Below are positions 18,088-28,035 of a stretch of DNA of 64,000 nt, in pieces. How positions within the stretch are numbered: the stretch's first letter is position 1; each line of letters opens with the position of its first letter. This DNA is from Thermodesulfobacteriota bacterium (lineage in GTDB: Bacteria > Desulfobacterota > Desulfobulbia > Desulfobulbales > JBFMBH01): contig JBFMBH010000006.1 in assembly GCA_040755095.1 (NCBI GenBank), forward strand, positions 1,290 to 65,289, written 5' to 3'. Under the pieces are notes generated by a model. It was given only the letters and a program-made list of their open reading frames with translations, was not told where the DNA came from and did not search any database. Both the position numbers and the translations under genes were made by a program.

Positions 18088-19614
18088 TCAGGGAATGGGC
18101 ACGCTCATCGCCACCTGGGAAAACTGCCCGGCCTGGACCTGGGCCACCAGGTGCTCGACGCTGGCGTGCATGACATTCATGAACGGCTCCGGAGAAAGCC
18201 CGATCCAGAGCATGAACACCAGGAGGGGGGCCAGGGTGACCATCTCCCGGAGGTTGAGGTCACGCAGGTGCTCCTCGTGGGGATGATCGCTCTCCGCACC
18301 CCAGACCACTTTCTGCAGAAGGCGCAGCATGTAGGCGGCCGCCAGCACGGCGCCCGGGATGGAGCAGGCGGCGATCAGCTTGTGGCTGGAGAACGCGCCG
18401 GCCAAAACCAGAAACTCGCCAACAAAGGAGTTGGTGCCTGGAAAGGCCAGGGAAGAAAGGGAGAAGAAGCCCAGGAACAGCACATAGACCGGCATCAACC
18501 GGCCGATAGCTGCAGCGGAGGACAGCTCCCGGGAATGGGTGCGCTCGTAGATCATGCCGACCAGGATAAAGAGAGCGCCGGTGGTGATGCCGTGATTGAT
18601 CATCTGGAGGATGGCGCCCTCGATCCCATTCTTGTTGAGGACAAAAATGCCCAGGGTGACAAAACCCATGTGCCCCACCGAAGAATAGGCGATCAGCTTC
18701 TTCATGTCGCTCTGGCCCAGAGCGGTAAGCCCGCCGTAGATGATGGCGATCACCGACAGCCAGAGGATGTACGGCATGAACAGGACAGCAGCCTCCGGCG
18801 TGATGGGCAGGCAGAAGCGGACAAAGCCGTACGTGCCCATCTTCAGCAGCACCGAGGCCAGAAGCACGGAGCCGGCGGTCGGCGCCTCCACGTGGGCGGC
18901 CGGCAGCCAGGTATGGAACGGGAACATCGGCACCTTGATGGCGAAGGCGAGGAAGAAGGCCAGGAACACCCAGAGCTGGAAGATCGGCGAGTAGCCCTTG
19001 CCCATCATCATCGGGATGGAGAAAGTGCCGGCCTCGAAGTAGAGGGCGATGATCGCCACCAGCATCAGCACCGATCCGGCCAGGGTGTACAAGAAGAACT
19101 TGACCGAGGCGTAGACCTTGCGGGGCCCGCCCCAGACCGCGATCAGGAGGTACATGGGGATGAGCATCGCTTCCCAGAGGATGTAGAAGAGTACGAAATC
19201 CAGGGCAGCGAATACCCCCACCATGGAGGTCTCCATGATGAGAAGGCAGATCATGAAATGCCGGATGCGGCGGGTGATGTAGCGCCAGGAGCAGAGCACG
19301 CACAGCGGCATGAGCAGGGTGGTCAGCAGGATGAGCAGCAGGCTGATCCCGTCCACCCCCAGGGTGTAGTTTACGTCCAGGGCCCGGATCCAGGGCAGAT
19401 GCTCGCCGAACTGGTACTGGGCGGTCCCGGTCTGGAAGTTGAAATAGAGCGGCAGGGAAAGGGCCGCGTTGGCGGCAGTCACCGCCAAGGTCCAATACTT
19501 GGAGCCCTCTTCGGAGCGGAGGACCAGAAGCACCGCCGCCCCCGCCAGGGGCAGGAAGATGAGCACCGACAGGATCGGCCAGCCCAGATGGTTCAGGATC
19601 AGAAAATCTTCCAT
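18088..19614 (-). CDS. nuoM: NADH-quinone oxidoreductase subunit M
   Basis: 508 aa. Motifs AIKVPMFPFHTWLPAAHVEAPTAGSVLLA and MKKLIAYSSVGHMGF. Confidence 0.9.
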   Translation of the reverse strand: MEDFLILNHLGWPILSVLIFLPLAGAAVLLVLRSEEGSKYWTLAVTAANAALSLPLYFNFQTGTAQYQFGEHLPWIRALDVNYTLGVDGISLLLILLTTLLMPLCVLCSWRYITRRIRHFMICLLIMETSMVGVFAALDFVLFYILWEAMLIPMYLLIAVWGGPRKVYASVKFFLYTLAGSVLMLVAIIALYFEAGTFSIPMMMGKGYSPIFQLWVFLAFFLAFAIKVPMFPFHTWLPAAHVEAPTAGSVLLASVLLKMGTYGFVRFCLPITPEAAVLFMPYILWLSVIAIIYGGLTALGQSDMKKLIAYSSVGHMGFVTLGIFVLNKNGIEGAILQMINHGITTGALFILVGMIYERTHSRELSSAAAIGRLMPVYVLFLGFFSLSSLAFPGTNSFVGEFLVLAGAFSSHKLIAACSIPGAVLAAAYMLRLLQKVVWGAESDHPHEEHLRDLNLREMVTLAPLLVFMLWIGLSPEPFMNVMHASVEHLVAQVQAGQFSQVAMSVPIP

Positions 19615-19636
19615 GGCTTACCCCGGGAGAACGCTG

Positions 19637-21439
19637 TTAGGCGAAAACAAAGATCATGACGATGGCTGCCACACCGGCCGCTGCCATGAAGATGCCGTAC
19701 TGGAACTGACCCGTCTGGAGATGGCGCAGGTCAGAGCCCACCGACCGCACCCAGCGGGCGATGCCGTCGATGATCAGGTCGATGATGTTCCAGTCGAACC
19801 AGGAGGCGAAGCGGGCCTTGGCCATCAATGGAATGAGTCCCAGATACCGGTAGGCCTCACCCCAGGCGGTGTCCATACCCTGGATCGGCTTCGAGGCCAG
19901 CCACAGGAAGCCACGGCCCCCCATGCGGTAGAACCAGTCGAGGTCGATGGAGATCGTCGGCTCCGGGGCCAGCTTCTTGGTGAAGAGAAAGAAGCCCAGG
20001 GCCGTGAAGAGCAGGATGTTCAAGGTCTCCGACAGGTGGTAGGTGTCGTAGGGATGGTAGTTCGCCGCCACCTCGGGGTAGGGCAGCATATGGTAGAGGT
20101 ACGGGGTGTAGGAGCCGATGAAGATGCACAGGATCGAGGCAATGATCATGGCGCCATTCATGTTCCAGGGCGCCTCCCGGGCCTTGTTCCAGGTCTCTTC
20201 CGAACAGTTGTTCTTCCCGAACCAGATGAAGTACGGCACCTTGAGGCCGGTGTGGAGGAAGGTACCGGCTGAAGCCAGGGTAAGGCCGAAGGCCGCCCAC
20301 AGGATGTGGGACTGGAAAGCCCCCGCCACGATCATCGCCTTGGAGACAAAGCCCGAGAACAGGGGGAAGGCGGAGATCGACAGCCCGCCGATGAGGGTGA
20401 AGACAAAGGCCCAGGGCATGCGCTTATAGAGGCCGCCCAGCTCCGAAAACTTGGCGGTACCGGTGGCGTAGAGCACGGCGCCGGTGCCCATGAACAGGAG
20501 GCCCTTGTAGAGGATGTGGGCGAAGGCATGGGCACAGGTGCCGTTGATGGCCAGCTCGGTGCCGATACCGACCCCCGCCACCATGTAGCCGACCTGGGAG
20601 ATGATGTGATAGGCCAGCAGTCGCCGGGCGTCGTTCTCCAGCACCGCGTACACAACGCCGTAGAGGGCCATGGCCACGCCCAGGGGCACCAGGATATCCA
20701 TGCCGGCCATGGCTCGGGCCAGGGTGTACACCGCGGTCTTGGTGGTGAAGGCGCACATGAAGACCGAGCCGGAGACGGTGGCCTCGGCATACGCATCCGG
20801 CAGCCAGGCGTGCAGCGGCGGCACCGCGGCGTTGAGGATGAAGCCGATCATGATCAGGTAGGTGGCCAGTGTCGGGTTGTCCACCCCCGCGGGTCCAAAG
20901 AAGAGGTCGCCACCGGTCTCCTGGAAGCGGAGCACGAAACCGGCCAGGAGAATGAGCCCACCGGCGGTGTGGACCAGAAGGTACCGGTAGCCGGAGGCCA
21001 GGGCTTTGGCACCCCGCCGGTACCAGACCAGGAAGACCGAGGAGAAGGCCATGAGCTCCCAGAAGACAAAGAGCACCAGGTAGTCACCGCAGAAGACCAC
21101 ACCCAGGGAGCCGGCCACATACAGCCAGGCCGCCATATGCTGGCCGTCCTCCTCGACATTGAGGCCGTACAGGGTGCCGATCAGGCACATGAGGCTCATG
21201 ATATGGGCGAAGACCAGGGTCAGCCGGTCGACGCGGCCAAAGGTCAGGGTCCAGTTCAGGACCTGCACCACGCCATAGGTGCCCTGGGGCATGGCGTACT
21301 GGATGTAGAGGACGTCGGCGAAGGAGGCGATGGGGACCGCCATGAGGAAGATCTTCTTCACCGGCCTCGGCACCAGGGGCAGGAGCAGGGCGCCTGCCAC
21401 CATGATCAAGGTCGGGTGGATCCACAGATCACTTGTCAT
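19637..21439 (-). CDS. nuoL: NuoL-like antiporter subunit with C-terminal lateral helix plus terminal TM
   Basis: MrpD/NuoL core (PPLHAWLPDAYAEATVSGSVFM). The C-terminus FDWNIIDLIIDGIARWVRSVGSDLRHLQTGQFQYGIFMAAAG matches the NuoL HL/TM16 pattern (xxIDGxVNG...LxxLQTG). Confidence 0.8.
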   Translation of the reverse strand: MTSDLWIHPTLIMVAGALLLPLVPRPVKKIFLMAVPIASFADVLYIQYAMPQGTYGVVQVLNWTLTFGRVDRLTLVFAHIMSLMCLIGTLYGLNVEEDGQHMAAWLYVAGSLGVVFCGDYLVLFVFWELMAFSSVFLVWYRRGAKALASGYRYLLVHTAGGLILLAGFVLRFQETGGDLFFGPAGVDNPTLATYLIMIGFILNAAVPPLHAWLPDAYAEATVSGSVFMCAFTTKTAVYTLARAMAGMDILVPLGVAMALYGVVYAVLENDARRLLAYHIISQVGYMVAGVGIGTELAINGTCAHAFAHILYKGLLFMGTGAVLYATGTAKFSELGGLYKRMPWAFVFTLIGGLSISAFPLFSGFVSKAMIVAGAFQSHILWAAFGLTLASAGTFLHTGLKVPYFIWFGKNNCSEETWNKAREAPWNMNGAMIIASILCIFIGSYTPYLYHMLPYPEVAANYHPYDTYHLSETLNILLFTALGFFLFTKKLAPEPTISIDLDWFYRMGGRGFLWLASKPIQGMDTAWGEAYRYLGLIPLMAKARFASWFDWNIIDLIIDGIARWVRSVGSDLRHLQTGQFQYGIFMAAAGVAAIVMIFVFA

Positions 21440-21683
21440 AGTAATCCTCCCGGGTCATGATGCCGAGATGGCCGAACCACTTGGAGACAAAGATGATGAG
21501 GGTGCAGGAGATGAAGCCGAACACCGCCCAGAATCCCGGCCAGTGCTCGGGGCTGGTGTGCGCGTGCTCCTTGCTCACAAAGACGGCATCCCACACCACC
21601 AGGAGTGCCAGCACGATGTAGCAGACCAGAACGACGGTCTTGAGCCGATCGCGCAGGAAGTCGATGAGCTTAACCAAGTCCAT
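21429..21683 (-). CDS. 84-aa two-TM membrane protein embedded in the nuo cluster
   Basis: Overlaps both neighbours: 14 nt with the upstream stop and 11 nt with the nuoL start. High-GC3 codon usage. Two hydrophobic segments: VVLVCYIVLALLVVW and FWAVFGFISCTLIIFV. Confidence 0.6.
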   Translation of the reverse strand: MDLVKLIDFLRDRLKTVVLVCYIVLALLVVWDAVFVSKEHAHTSPEHWPGFWAVFGFISCTLIIFVSKWFGHLGIMTREDYYDK

Positions 21684-23157
21684 GGGTCACCGCCTTGATG
21701 AACTGCATGAAGAAGTCCGGATAGATACCCATAATGACCGAGATGATCGCCGTGGCGGTCAGCGGGATGACCATGGCCATCGGCGCCTCCTCCACCTTGT
21801 TGTAGACCACGCCGGCCGGCGGCGCGCCGAAGAAGGCCTTGAAGGCCACTGGCGCGAAGTAGCCGACGTTCAACAGGGTCGAGCTCAGGAGCACCAGGAG
21901 GATGCCGATCTGGTGCGCCTCCAAGGAGCCCATGAGCAGGTACCATTTGCTGATGAAGCCCGCCACTGGCGGCGCGCCGATCATGGACAGGGAAGCGATG
22001 GCGAAGGCGCCGAAGGTGAACGGCATGGCCCGGCCCAGGCCGCTCATCTCCGAGATCTGCTTCTTGTGGGTGGCCACGTAGATGGCGCCGGCGCAGAAGA
22101 ACAGCGTGATCTTGGAGAAGGCGTGATTGGCAATGTGGACGATGCCGCCCTCGATACCGGACGGCGTCAGGAGCGCCACGCCGAGGATGATGTAGGAGAG
22201 CTGGCTCACCGTGGAATAGGCCAGCCGCGCCTTGAGGTTGTCCTTGGACAGGGCGATGATCGAGGCGGTGAGGATGGTGAACGACACCAGATAGGCGGTG
22301 GGGATGCCCAGGTTGAGGCGGGTCATGGTGTCCACGCCGAACACGTAGAGCATCACCCGGGTGGTGGAGAAGACGCCGATCTTGACCACGGCCACCGCGT
22401 GGAGGAGGGCAGAGACCGGGGTAGGCGCCACCATCGCCGAAGGCAGCCAGTTGTGGAAGGGCATGACGCCGTTCTTGGCAAACCCGAAGATGCAGCAGAC
22501 GAACATGATGGTCACCAGGAGCGGGTTGGCATCCGCCGGGATGATGCCGGTGCGGATGTTGTCCGGGAACTCCAGGTGGCCGTTCATGACGTAGAGAAGC
22601 GCCATGGTGGGCAGGACCATCCCCTTGGCCGTGGTGGTCAGGTAGACGATGTACTTCTTGGCGCCTTCGTACGACTCGGTGTCCTGGTGATGCGCAACCA
22701 GGGGGTAGGTGCACACCGAGACGATCTCATAGAAGAGATACAGGGTGAACATGTTACCGGCCATGGCGCCACCCACCGCGCCAAAGAGGGCCAGGGCGAA
22801 GCAGGCGGAGAACCGGGTCTGGGCATGCTCGTGCAGGCCCCGCATGTAGCCCAGGGAGTACCACACCGCCAGCATCCACAGGAAGGAGGCCACCAGGGCG
22901 AAGACCATGCCGAAGGCGTCAACCCGGAAGGTCACCGACAGACCGGGCAGGATCTTGAACAGGGTGTACTCGACCCGGTTGCCGGCCCAGACAATGGGCA
23001 GGATGAAGTAGGCGATAATCCCGAACTTGACGACAGCGGCGGTAAAGTGCACCCCCTCCCGCAGGTTGCCGTTCCGGCGGGTCAGCAGGATGCCGATGAC
23101 GCCGGTCAAGGACGTCAGGAGGGCCCAGACGGGCGCGGGCGATACGACGGTCTCCAT
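21670..23157 (-). CDS. Additional MrpD/NuoM-like proton-conducting antiporter subunit
   Basis: 495 aa. Motifs MPFHNWLPSAMVAPTPVSALLHA and LKARLAYSTVSQLSYI. No lateral-helix extension. Confidence 0.85.
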   Translation of the reverse strand: METVVSPAPVWALLTSLTGVIGILLTRRNGNLREGVHFTAAVVKFGIIAYFILPIVWAGNRVEYTLFKILPGLSVTFRVDAFGMVFALVASFLWMLAVWYSLGYMRGLHEHAQTRFSACFALALFGAVGGAMAGNMFTLYLFYEIVSVCTYPLVAHHQDTESYEGAKKYIVYLTTTAKGMVLPTMALLYVMNGHLEFPDNIRTGIIPADANPLLVTIMFVCCIFGFAKNGVMPFHNWLPSAMVAPTPVSALLHAVAVVKIGVFSTTRVMLYVFGVDTMTRLNLGIPTAYLVSFTILTASIIALSKDNLKARLAYSTVSQLSYIILGVALLTPSGIEGGIVHIANHAFSKITLFFCAGAIYVATHKKQISEMSGLGRAMPFTFGAFAIASLSMIGAPPVAGFISKWYLLMGSLEAHQIGILLVLLSSTLLNVGYFAPVAFKAFFGAPPAGVVYNKVEEAPMAMVIPLTATAIISVIMGIYPDFFMQFIKAVTHGLG

Positions 23158-23175
23158 AACGGTCTCCCTTCCCTC

Positions 23176-23496
23176 CTATCCTTTCAGCTCCGCCACATCG
23201 TCAACGACGATGGACTTGTAGTTGCGGTAGACGGCCAGGATGATCGACAGAGCGATGGCCGCCTCGGCGGCGGCGATGCCCATGATGAACAGGGTGAAGA
23301 CCTGACCGGACACCGGATCCGGCACCAGGAAGCGGTTGAAGGCCATGAAGTTGATCGAGGCGCCGGACAGGATCAGCTCCGAGGCGATGAGCATACCGAT
23401 CAGGGTGCGGCGGTGGATGATACCGTAGATGCCGATGGCAAACATGAAGGCACCCACGATGAGGTAGGTCTGCAGGTTGGCTGCGAGGGTCAGCAT
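23176..23496 (-). CDS. nuoK: NADH-quinone oxidoreductase subunit K
   Basis: 106 aa, 3 TM, conserved LIASELILSGASINF and AAAEAAIALSI. Confidence 0.9.
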   Translation of the reverse strand: MLTLAANLQTYLIVGAFMFAIGIYGIIHRRTLIGMLIASELILSGASINFMAFNRFLVPDPVSGQVFTLFIMGIAAAEAAIALSIILAVYRNYKSIVVDDVAELKG

Positions 23497-23497
23497 T

Positions 23498-24022
23498 TCA
23501 GGTCCCCCTTCCGGAACGGGCCAGCACCAGGGAGCCGACGATGGCCACCAGAAGCACCACCGAGATGAGCTCGAACACCATGCTGTAGCTGGTCAAGAGC
23601 TCCTGGCCAATGCGCTCAATGGAGCCGTCCCCCACCCGCTCCGCCGCCGCTGGCCAGTTGGTCAGGGCACCCAGCTGGGCCAGGCCCGCGAACAGGGCCA
23701 GGCCGGTCAGGCCCCCCAGGAGTGCGGTCACTGGCCCGGAGCCCGCCACATCCCTGGGCTGGGGGTCGGCAAGCATCACCGCGAAGACGATGGTGACACA
23801 GACCGCGCCGACATAGATCAGGATCTGCATGATCGACACGAAGGGGCTCTCCAGATAATAGTAGAGGCCGGCCACCCCCAGGAACGAGAGGGCCAGGCCG
23901 GCCACCGCGCGCACCAGGCGAGCTGAGCCGACGGCAATGATGGCGCCCACAACCGTCACCACCAGCACCCCCAAAAAGACGAGACCGGACATCCCGTCGG
24001 CCGAGAGCAGGACAGGGTTCAT
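23498..24022 (-). CDS. nuoJ: NADH-quinone oxidoreductase subunit J
   Basis: ORF 23498..24259 trimmed to ATG 24022 (ATGA overlap with the nuoI stop). Motif ILIYVGAVCVTIVFAVML. Confidence 0.85.
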   Translation of the reverse strand: MNPVLLSADGMSGLVFLGVLVVTVVGAIIAVGSARLVRAVAGLALSFLGVAGLYYYLESPFVSIMQILIYVGAVCVTIVFAVMLADPQPRDVAGSGPVTALLGGLTGLALFAGLAQLGALTNWPAAAERVGDGSIERIGQELLTSYSMVFELISVVLLVAIVGSLVLARSGRGT

Positions 24023-24462
24023 GGCTTGCGCTCCTTGAGCCTTTTCACCAGGTCGAAGACGAAGTCCTCCCGGCGTTGGCTGGCCAGGTTGTAGTCCATG
24101 GAGAAGCGGATCGCGCCGGGCTTGCAGTTCTCGACACACTGGCCGCACAGACTGCACTTGGTGAAGTCGAGGGTGTACTCGGTGAGCACCTTCTTCTTGG
24201 TGGCCTCGTCCTTGGCGCCCGAGACGCTGATGCAGTCCGAGGGACAGCCCTTCTGGCACAGGCCACAGACGATGCAGATGGACTCGCCGGTCTCCGGATC
24301 CGGGGTCAGCTCAATATGGCCCCGGAAGCGGGGCTTCATCTTGAGGCTCTGGTGGGGGTACTGGACCGTGACCACCGGCCCCACCATGTGCTTGAAGGTG
24401 ATGCCCAGCCCGACCGCCAGGCTGGTGGCGCCGTCGATGATCTCTTTGAAGTAGCCACTCAT
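24019..24462 (-). CDS. nuoI: NADH-quinone oxidoreductase subunit I (2x[4Fe-4S])
   Basis: Trimmed to ATG 24462 (ATGA overlap with nuoH). Cluster motifs [12 protein letters not shown] and [12 protein letters not shown]. Confidence 0.9.
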   Translation of the reverse strand: MSGYFKEIIDGATSLAVGLGITFKHMVGPVVTVQYPHQSLKMKPRFRGHIELTPDPETGESICIVCGLCQKGCPSDCISVSGAKDEATKKKVLTEYTLDFTKCSLCGQCVENCKPGAIRFSMDYNLASQRREDFVFDLVKRLKERKP

Positions 24463-25454
24463 GACCCGAGCACCTTGAGCGTTGCAGCGGTGAGGAGGAG
24501 ATTCACCAGGGAGTAAGGGATCAGGATCTTCCACGACAGATTCAGGAGGCCATAAAAGGTGGTACGCGGGTACGTCCAGCGGACCCACATCACAACGTAG
24601 ATCAGGAAGTAAACCTTCAGCAGGAACCAGTGGATGCCGGGGAAGAGCCCGAAGGGGCACTGCCAGCCGCCCAGGAAGAGGATGACCGCCAGGGCGCAGC
24701 CGACAAAGACGTTGGCATACTCACCCAGGAAGAAGACACCGAAGCCCATGCCCGAGTATTCGGTGAAGGCGCCGGCCACCAGCTCGCTTTCCGCCTCCAC
24801 CATGTCGAAGGGGGCGCGGTTGGTCTCCGCCATGGAGCAGATGAAGAAGAGCAGAAAGGAGATCGGGGCAAGCGGCGTTTCCCAGATCCGGAACACATAC
24901 CACTGCAGGATGTTGGGCTGCTGGCGGACAATCTCGTTGAGGTTCATGGTACCGGTCACCATCACCATGGTGATGATGATGATGAGCATGGGGATCTCAT
25001 AGGCCAGGTTCTGCGAAACGGCGCGGGCCGCCGAGATGACAGCATATTTGTTGGCCGAGCCCCAGCCGGCCAGGAGCAGGCCCAGAACAGTCACCGAGGC
25101 GAAGGCCAGGATGAGGATGATACCGACGTTGATATCCCGGACCACCAGGCTCTCGGAGAAGGGCAGCACCACATAGGACATCACCGCCGGCGTCATGACC
25201 ATAAGCGGTGCCACCCGAAACAGGGTGGCGTCGGCATCCCGCGGTATGATGAGCTGCTTGCTCATGAGCTTGATGCCGTCGGCAAAGGACTGCAGGATGC
25301 CAAAGGGTCCCACCTCCTTGGGCCCGATCCGGACCTGGATGTGGCCGGCGACCTTGCGCTCCAGCCACACCAGAAAGGAGGCGTTCAGGGCGACAAAGGC
25401 CAGCACCACCACCAGGCCGCCGATCAACCAGGACAGTTCGAATTGCGAGCTCAT
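24459..25454 (-). CDS. nuoH: NADH-quinone oxidoreductase subunit H
   Basis: Trimmed to ATG 25454 (MSSQFELSW...). Motifs [14 protein letters not shown] and AETNRAPFD. Confidence 0.9.
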   Translation of the reverse strand: MSSQFELSWLIGGLVVVLAFVALNASFLVWLERKVAGHIQVRIGPKEVGPFGILQSFADGIKLMSKQLIIPRDADATLFRVAPLMVMTPAVMSYVVLPFSESLVVRDINVGIILILAFASVTVLGLLLAGWGSANKYAVISAARAVSQNLAYEIPMLIIIITMVMVTGTMNLNEIVRQQPNILQWYVFRIWETPLAPISFLLFFICSMAETNRAPFDMVEAESELVAGAFTEYSGMGFGVFFLGEYANVFVGCALAVILFLGGWQCPFGLFPGIHWFLLKVYFLIYVVMWVRWTYPRTTFYGLLNLSWKILIPYSLVNLLLTAATLKVLGS

Positions 25455-25498
25455 GGGCAACGATACCCTCCGACCCCAGTGGGCAGGGCCTTGTAGGA

Positions 25499-26626
25499 CT
25501 AGCGATCGATCTCCGGGATGACCAGGTCGAGGCTGCCCATGATGGCGATGGCATCGGCAAGCAGGCAGCCCTGGCTGACCTCGGCAAAGAGACTCAGGTT
25601 GGAGAAGGACGGCGACCTGAGCTTCAGGCGGTATGGGGTGTTGGTGCCGTCGCTCACCAGATGGATGCCGAACTCGCCCCGCGCCGCCTCCACCGCACAA
25701 TAGATGTCGCCCTTGGGCGGCTTCAGGATCTTCGGCACCTTCTCGGCCTTGTAGGGTCCGTCCGGCAGCTTGTCCAGGGCCTGCTCGATGATGCGGCAGC
25801 TCTCCAGCATCTCGTCCATGCGCACCATGTAGCGGGCCATGGAGTCGCCTTCCGAGTAGATGGGCACGTTGAACTCGAAATCCTTGTACACCGAGTAGGG
25901 CTCGTTCTTCCGGACATCGTAGGAAACCCCGGAGCCCCGCAGCACCGGGCCGGTGGCCCCGTACTTGCGGCAGGTCTCAGGGCTGATGTAGCCAATGTCC
26001 TTGAGCCGCTTGATCAGAATGATGTTGGTGGTCACCAGCTTGTGGTACATGGGCACCCGGGCGCGCATCCGCTGCACGAACTCCCGGGTGCCGGCGATGA
26101 ATTCCTCGTCGATGTCGTTGTACACGCCGCCGAAGCGGAAGTAGCAGTAGGTGAGCCGGGCACCGGTCACCATCTCCAGAAGATCCAGAAGCCGCTCCCT
26201 GTCGTCAAAGGCGTAGAGGAGCGGGGTGAAGCCGCCCAGGTCCAGGACATAGGCCCCGAACCACAGCAGATGGCTGGAGATGCGGTTGAGCTCGGTGGTG
26301 ATCACCCGGATGTACTCGGCCCGGGGTGGCACCTCGATACCGGCGGCCCGCTCCACGGCGCAGACATGGCCGTGGTTGTAGGACAGGGCCGACAGGTAGT
26401 CCATCCGTGCCGGATTGGGCAGAAACTGGGCGTAGGTGCGGTTTTCACCCATCTTCTCGTGCATGCGATGGATATAGCCCAGGACCGGCTCGGCCTCGGC
26501 GATGTACTCGCCGTCCATCACCAGCTTGACCCGGAGCACGCCGTGGGTGCTCGGGTGCTGGGGACCGAGATTGAGGACAAAGGTCTCCTTCTGGAAGCTC
26601 GGAGTGACGTGGGCGAGGGGGCTCAT
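25499..26626 (-). CDS. nuoD: NADH-quinone oxidoreductase subunit D
   Basis: Motifs [12 protein letters not shown] and a C-terminal DLVIPEIDR. Confidence 0.92.
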   Translation of the reverse strand: MSPLAHVTPSFQKETFVLNLGPQHPSTHGVLRVKLVMDGEYIAEAEPVLGYIHRMHEKMGENRTYAQFLPNPARMDYLSALSYNHGHVCAVERAAGIEVPPRAEYIRVITTELNRISSHLLWFGAYVLDLGGFTPLLYAFDDRERLLDLLEMVTGARLTYCYFRFGGVYNDIDEEFIAGTREFVQRMRARVPMYHKLVTTNIILIKRLKDIGYISPETCRKYGATGPVLRGSGVSYDVRKNEPYSVYKDFEFNVPIYSEGDSMARYMVRMDEMLESCRIIEQALDKLPDGPYKAEKVPKILKPPKGDIYCAVEAARGEFGIHLVSDGTNTPYRLKLRSPSFSNLSLFAEVSQGCLLADAIAIMGSLDLVIPEIDR

Positions 26627-27072
26627 CCGTTCAGTCCTTTGAAATCCTTCCGGAGGGGATGGAAATCGGCATCCTCGGGCAGGAGCAGCGGCACCAGGTA
26701 GGGATGGCCCGCAAAGCGGATGCCGAAAAAGTCATGGGTCTCCCGCTCGTGCCAGTTGGCACCGGGGTAGATGCCGGAGATGCTGGGCACCTCCGGGTTG
26801 TCCCGGGGAGCCCGGGTGCGGATCACCACCCGGCAGGTCTCCTGGACATGGGCGAAGTGGTAGACCACCTCCATCTCCCCGGCGGCCAGCCAGTCCACCC
26901 CGCAGACATCCTCCAGGAAGAAGCCCAGCCCGTCCACCGCCTTGACCGCGGCGAGCACCTGGTCCACCGCCACCGCCGCGTCCACGTGGTAGCCCTTGGC
27001 CTTGTAATCGGTCTCCTGGACCCCTTCCGGGGTGATGGCCGCCAGGGCGGCCCGGGCCTTGTCGCGCAGCAT
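26623..27072 (-). CDS. nuoC: NADH-quinone oxidoreductase subunit C
   Basis: Trimmed to ATG 27072. Motif PGANWHERETHDFFGIRFAGHP. Confidence 0.88.
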   Translation of the reverse strand: MLRDKARAALAAITPEGVQETDYKAKGYHVDAAVAVDQVLAAVKAVDGLGFFLEDVCGVDWLAAGEMEVVYHFAHVQETCRVVIRTRAPRDNPEVPSISGIYPGANWHERETHDFFGIRFAGHPYLVPLLLPEDADFHPLRKDFKGLNG

Positions 27073-27073
27073 G

Positions 27074-27571
27074 TCAGACGGCCTCCACCCGGGGCCACCG
27101 GCGATGGCCCGTAATCTTCTCTTCCAGGGCCATGATGCCCTCCAGGAGGGCCTCTGGCCGCGGCGGGCAGCCAGGGATGTAGATATCCACCGGCAGGAAC
27201 TTGTCCGCCCCCTCAACGATGCCGTACTGGCCTTCGAAGACGAAGGGGCCACCCGAGATGGCGCAGTTGCCCATGGCGATGACCCACTTGGGCTCGGGCA
27301 TCTGGTCATAGAGGGTCTGGACGGCCGGTGCCATCTTGCGGCTGATGGTGCCGGCCACGATCATCACGTCCGCCTGCCGGGCGGAGGGGCGAAAAACCCC
27401 GGCCCCGAAACGGTCGATGTCGAAACGGCAGGCACCGGTGGCCATCATCTCGATGGCGCAGCAGGCAAGGCCAAAGGTCATAGGCCACAGGGAATTGGCC
27501 CGGCCGATGGCCAGGACCTTGTCCACAGCCGCGAACTGGATTACTGGCGAGTGTAGGTTTTGCGCTCCCAC
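27074..27571 (-). CDS. nuoB: NADH-quinone oxidoreductase subunit B
   Basis: Motifs [24 protein letters not shown] and IPGCPPRP. The start is uncertain. I chose GTG 27571 (31-nt overlap with nuoA) because no ATG precedes the conserved N-terminal region. Confidence 0.85.
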   Translation of the reverse strand: MGAQNLHSPVIQFAAVDKVLAIGRANSLWPMTFGLACCAIEMMATGACRFDIDRFGAGVFRPSARQADVMIVAGTISRKMAPAVQTLYDQMPEPKWVIAMGNCAISGGPFVFEGQYGIVEGADKFLPVDIYIPGCPPRPEALLEGIMALEEKITGHRRWPRVEAV

Positions 27572-27933
27572 GTGAAAACTCCCTTCTTCCAGGCATAGAC
27601 GATGGCCAGGGACAGGATGCCGACGAAGATGACGATCTCCACCAGGGACCGGATCCCGGCGACCTCCTTGTAGGTCAGGGCCACCGGAAAGAGGTAAAGG
27701 ACGTCGACATCGAAGGCGATGAACATCAGGGCATACAGGTAGTAGACGATGCCGAAGCGGATCCAGGCGGGCCCGATGGGGTCCATGCCGCATTCGTAGA
27801 TCTGCAGCGTCCTGGGGCGGATGCCTCGGGGGGCCAGGAGGTTGGCGATGATGAAGGGGCCGATCGCAAAGACCAGCCCGCCCAGGAAGAAGGCCACCAC
27901 GAAGAGGTGGTCATAAAGAGCGGTTTGCTGCAC
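27541..27933 (-). CDS. nuoA: NADH-quinone oxidoreductase subunit A
   Basis: Motifs YECGMDP and [13 protein letters not shown] 27933 lies 6 nt after AAGGAG and is preferred over the track start at 27942. Confidence 0.88.
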   Translation of the reverse strand: MQQTALYDHLFVVAFFLGGLVFAIGPFIIANLLAPRGIRPRTLQIYECGMDPIGPAWIRFGIVYYLYALMFIAFDVDVLYLFPVALTYKEVAGIRSLVEIVIFVGILSLAIVYAWKKGVFTWERKTYTRQ

Positions 27934-27983
27934 GGCGCGCACTCCTTGGAAAAGGGTTGTTCATGGGCGGCAGCGTTCCGGGT

Positions 27984-28012
27984 TTCTTAATGCATGCAAT
28001 CAGGGTTGTCAA
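27984..28012 (-). promoter_or_regulatory. Candidate sigma70-type promoter for nuo
   Basis: Minus strand reads TTGACA (28012..28007), a 17-nt spacer, then TAAGAA (27989..27984), ~40 nt upstream of the nuoA start. The -10 element is weak. Confidence 0.3.
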
Positions 28013-28019
28013 GGAAATA

Positions 28020-28035
28020 CTGAATGATGATTCAG
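28020..28035. promoter_or_regulatory. 16-bp palindrome CTGAATgatgATTCAG immediately upstream of the candidate nuo -35
   Basis: Seen directly: 6-bp perfect arms with a 4-bp centre, AT-rich within a GC-rich genome. Loosely resembles a Fur-family box. Confidence 0.25.
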
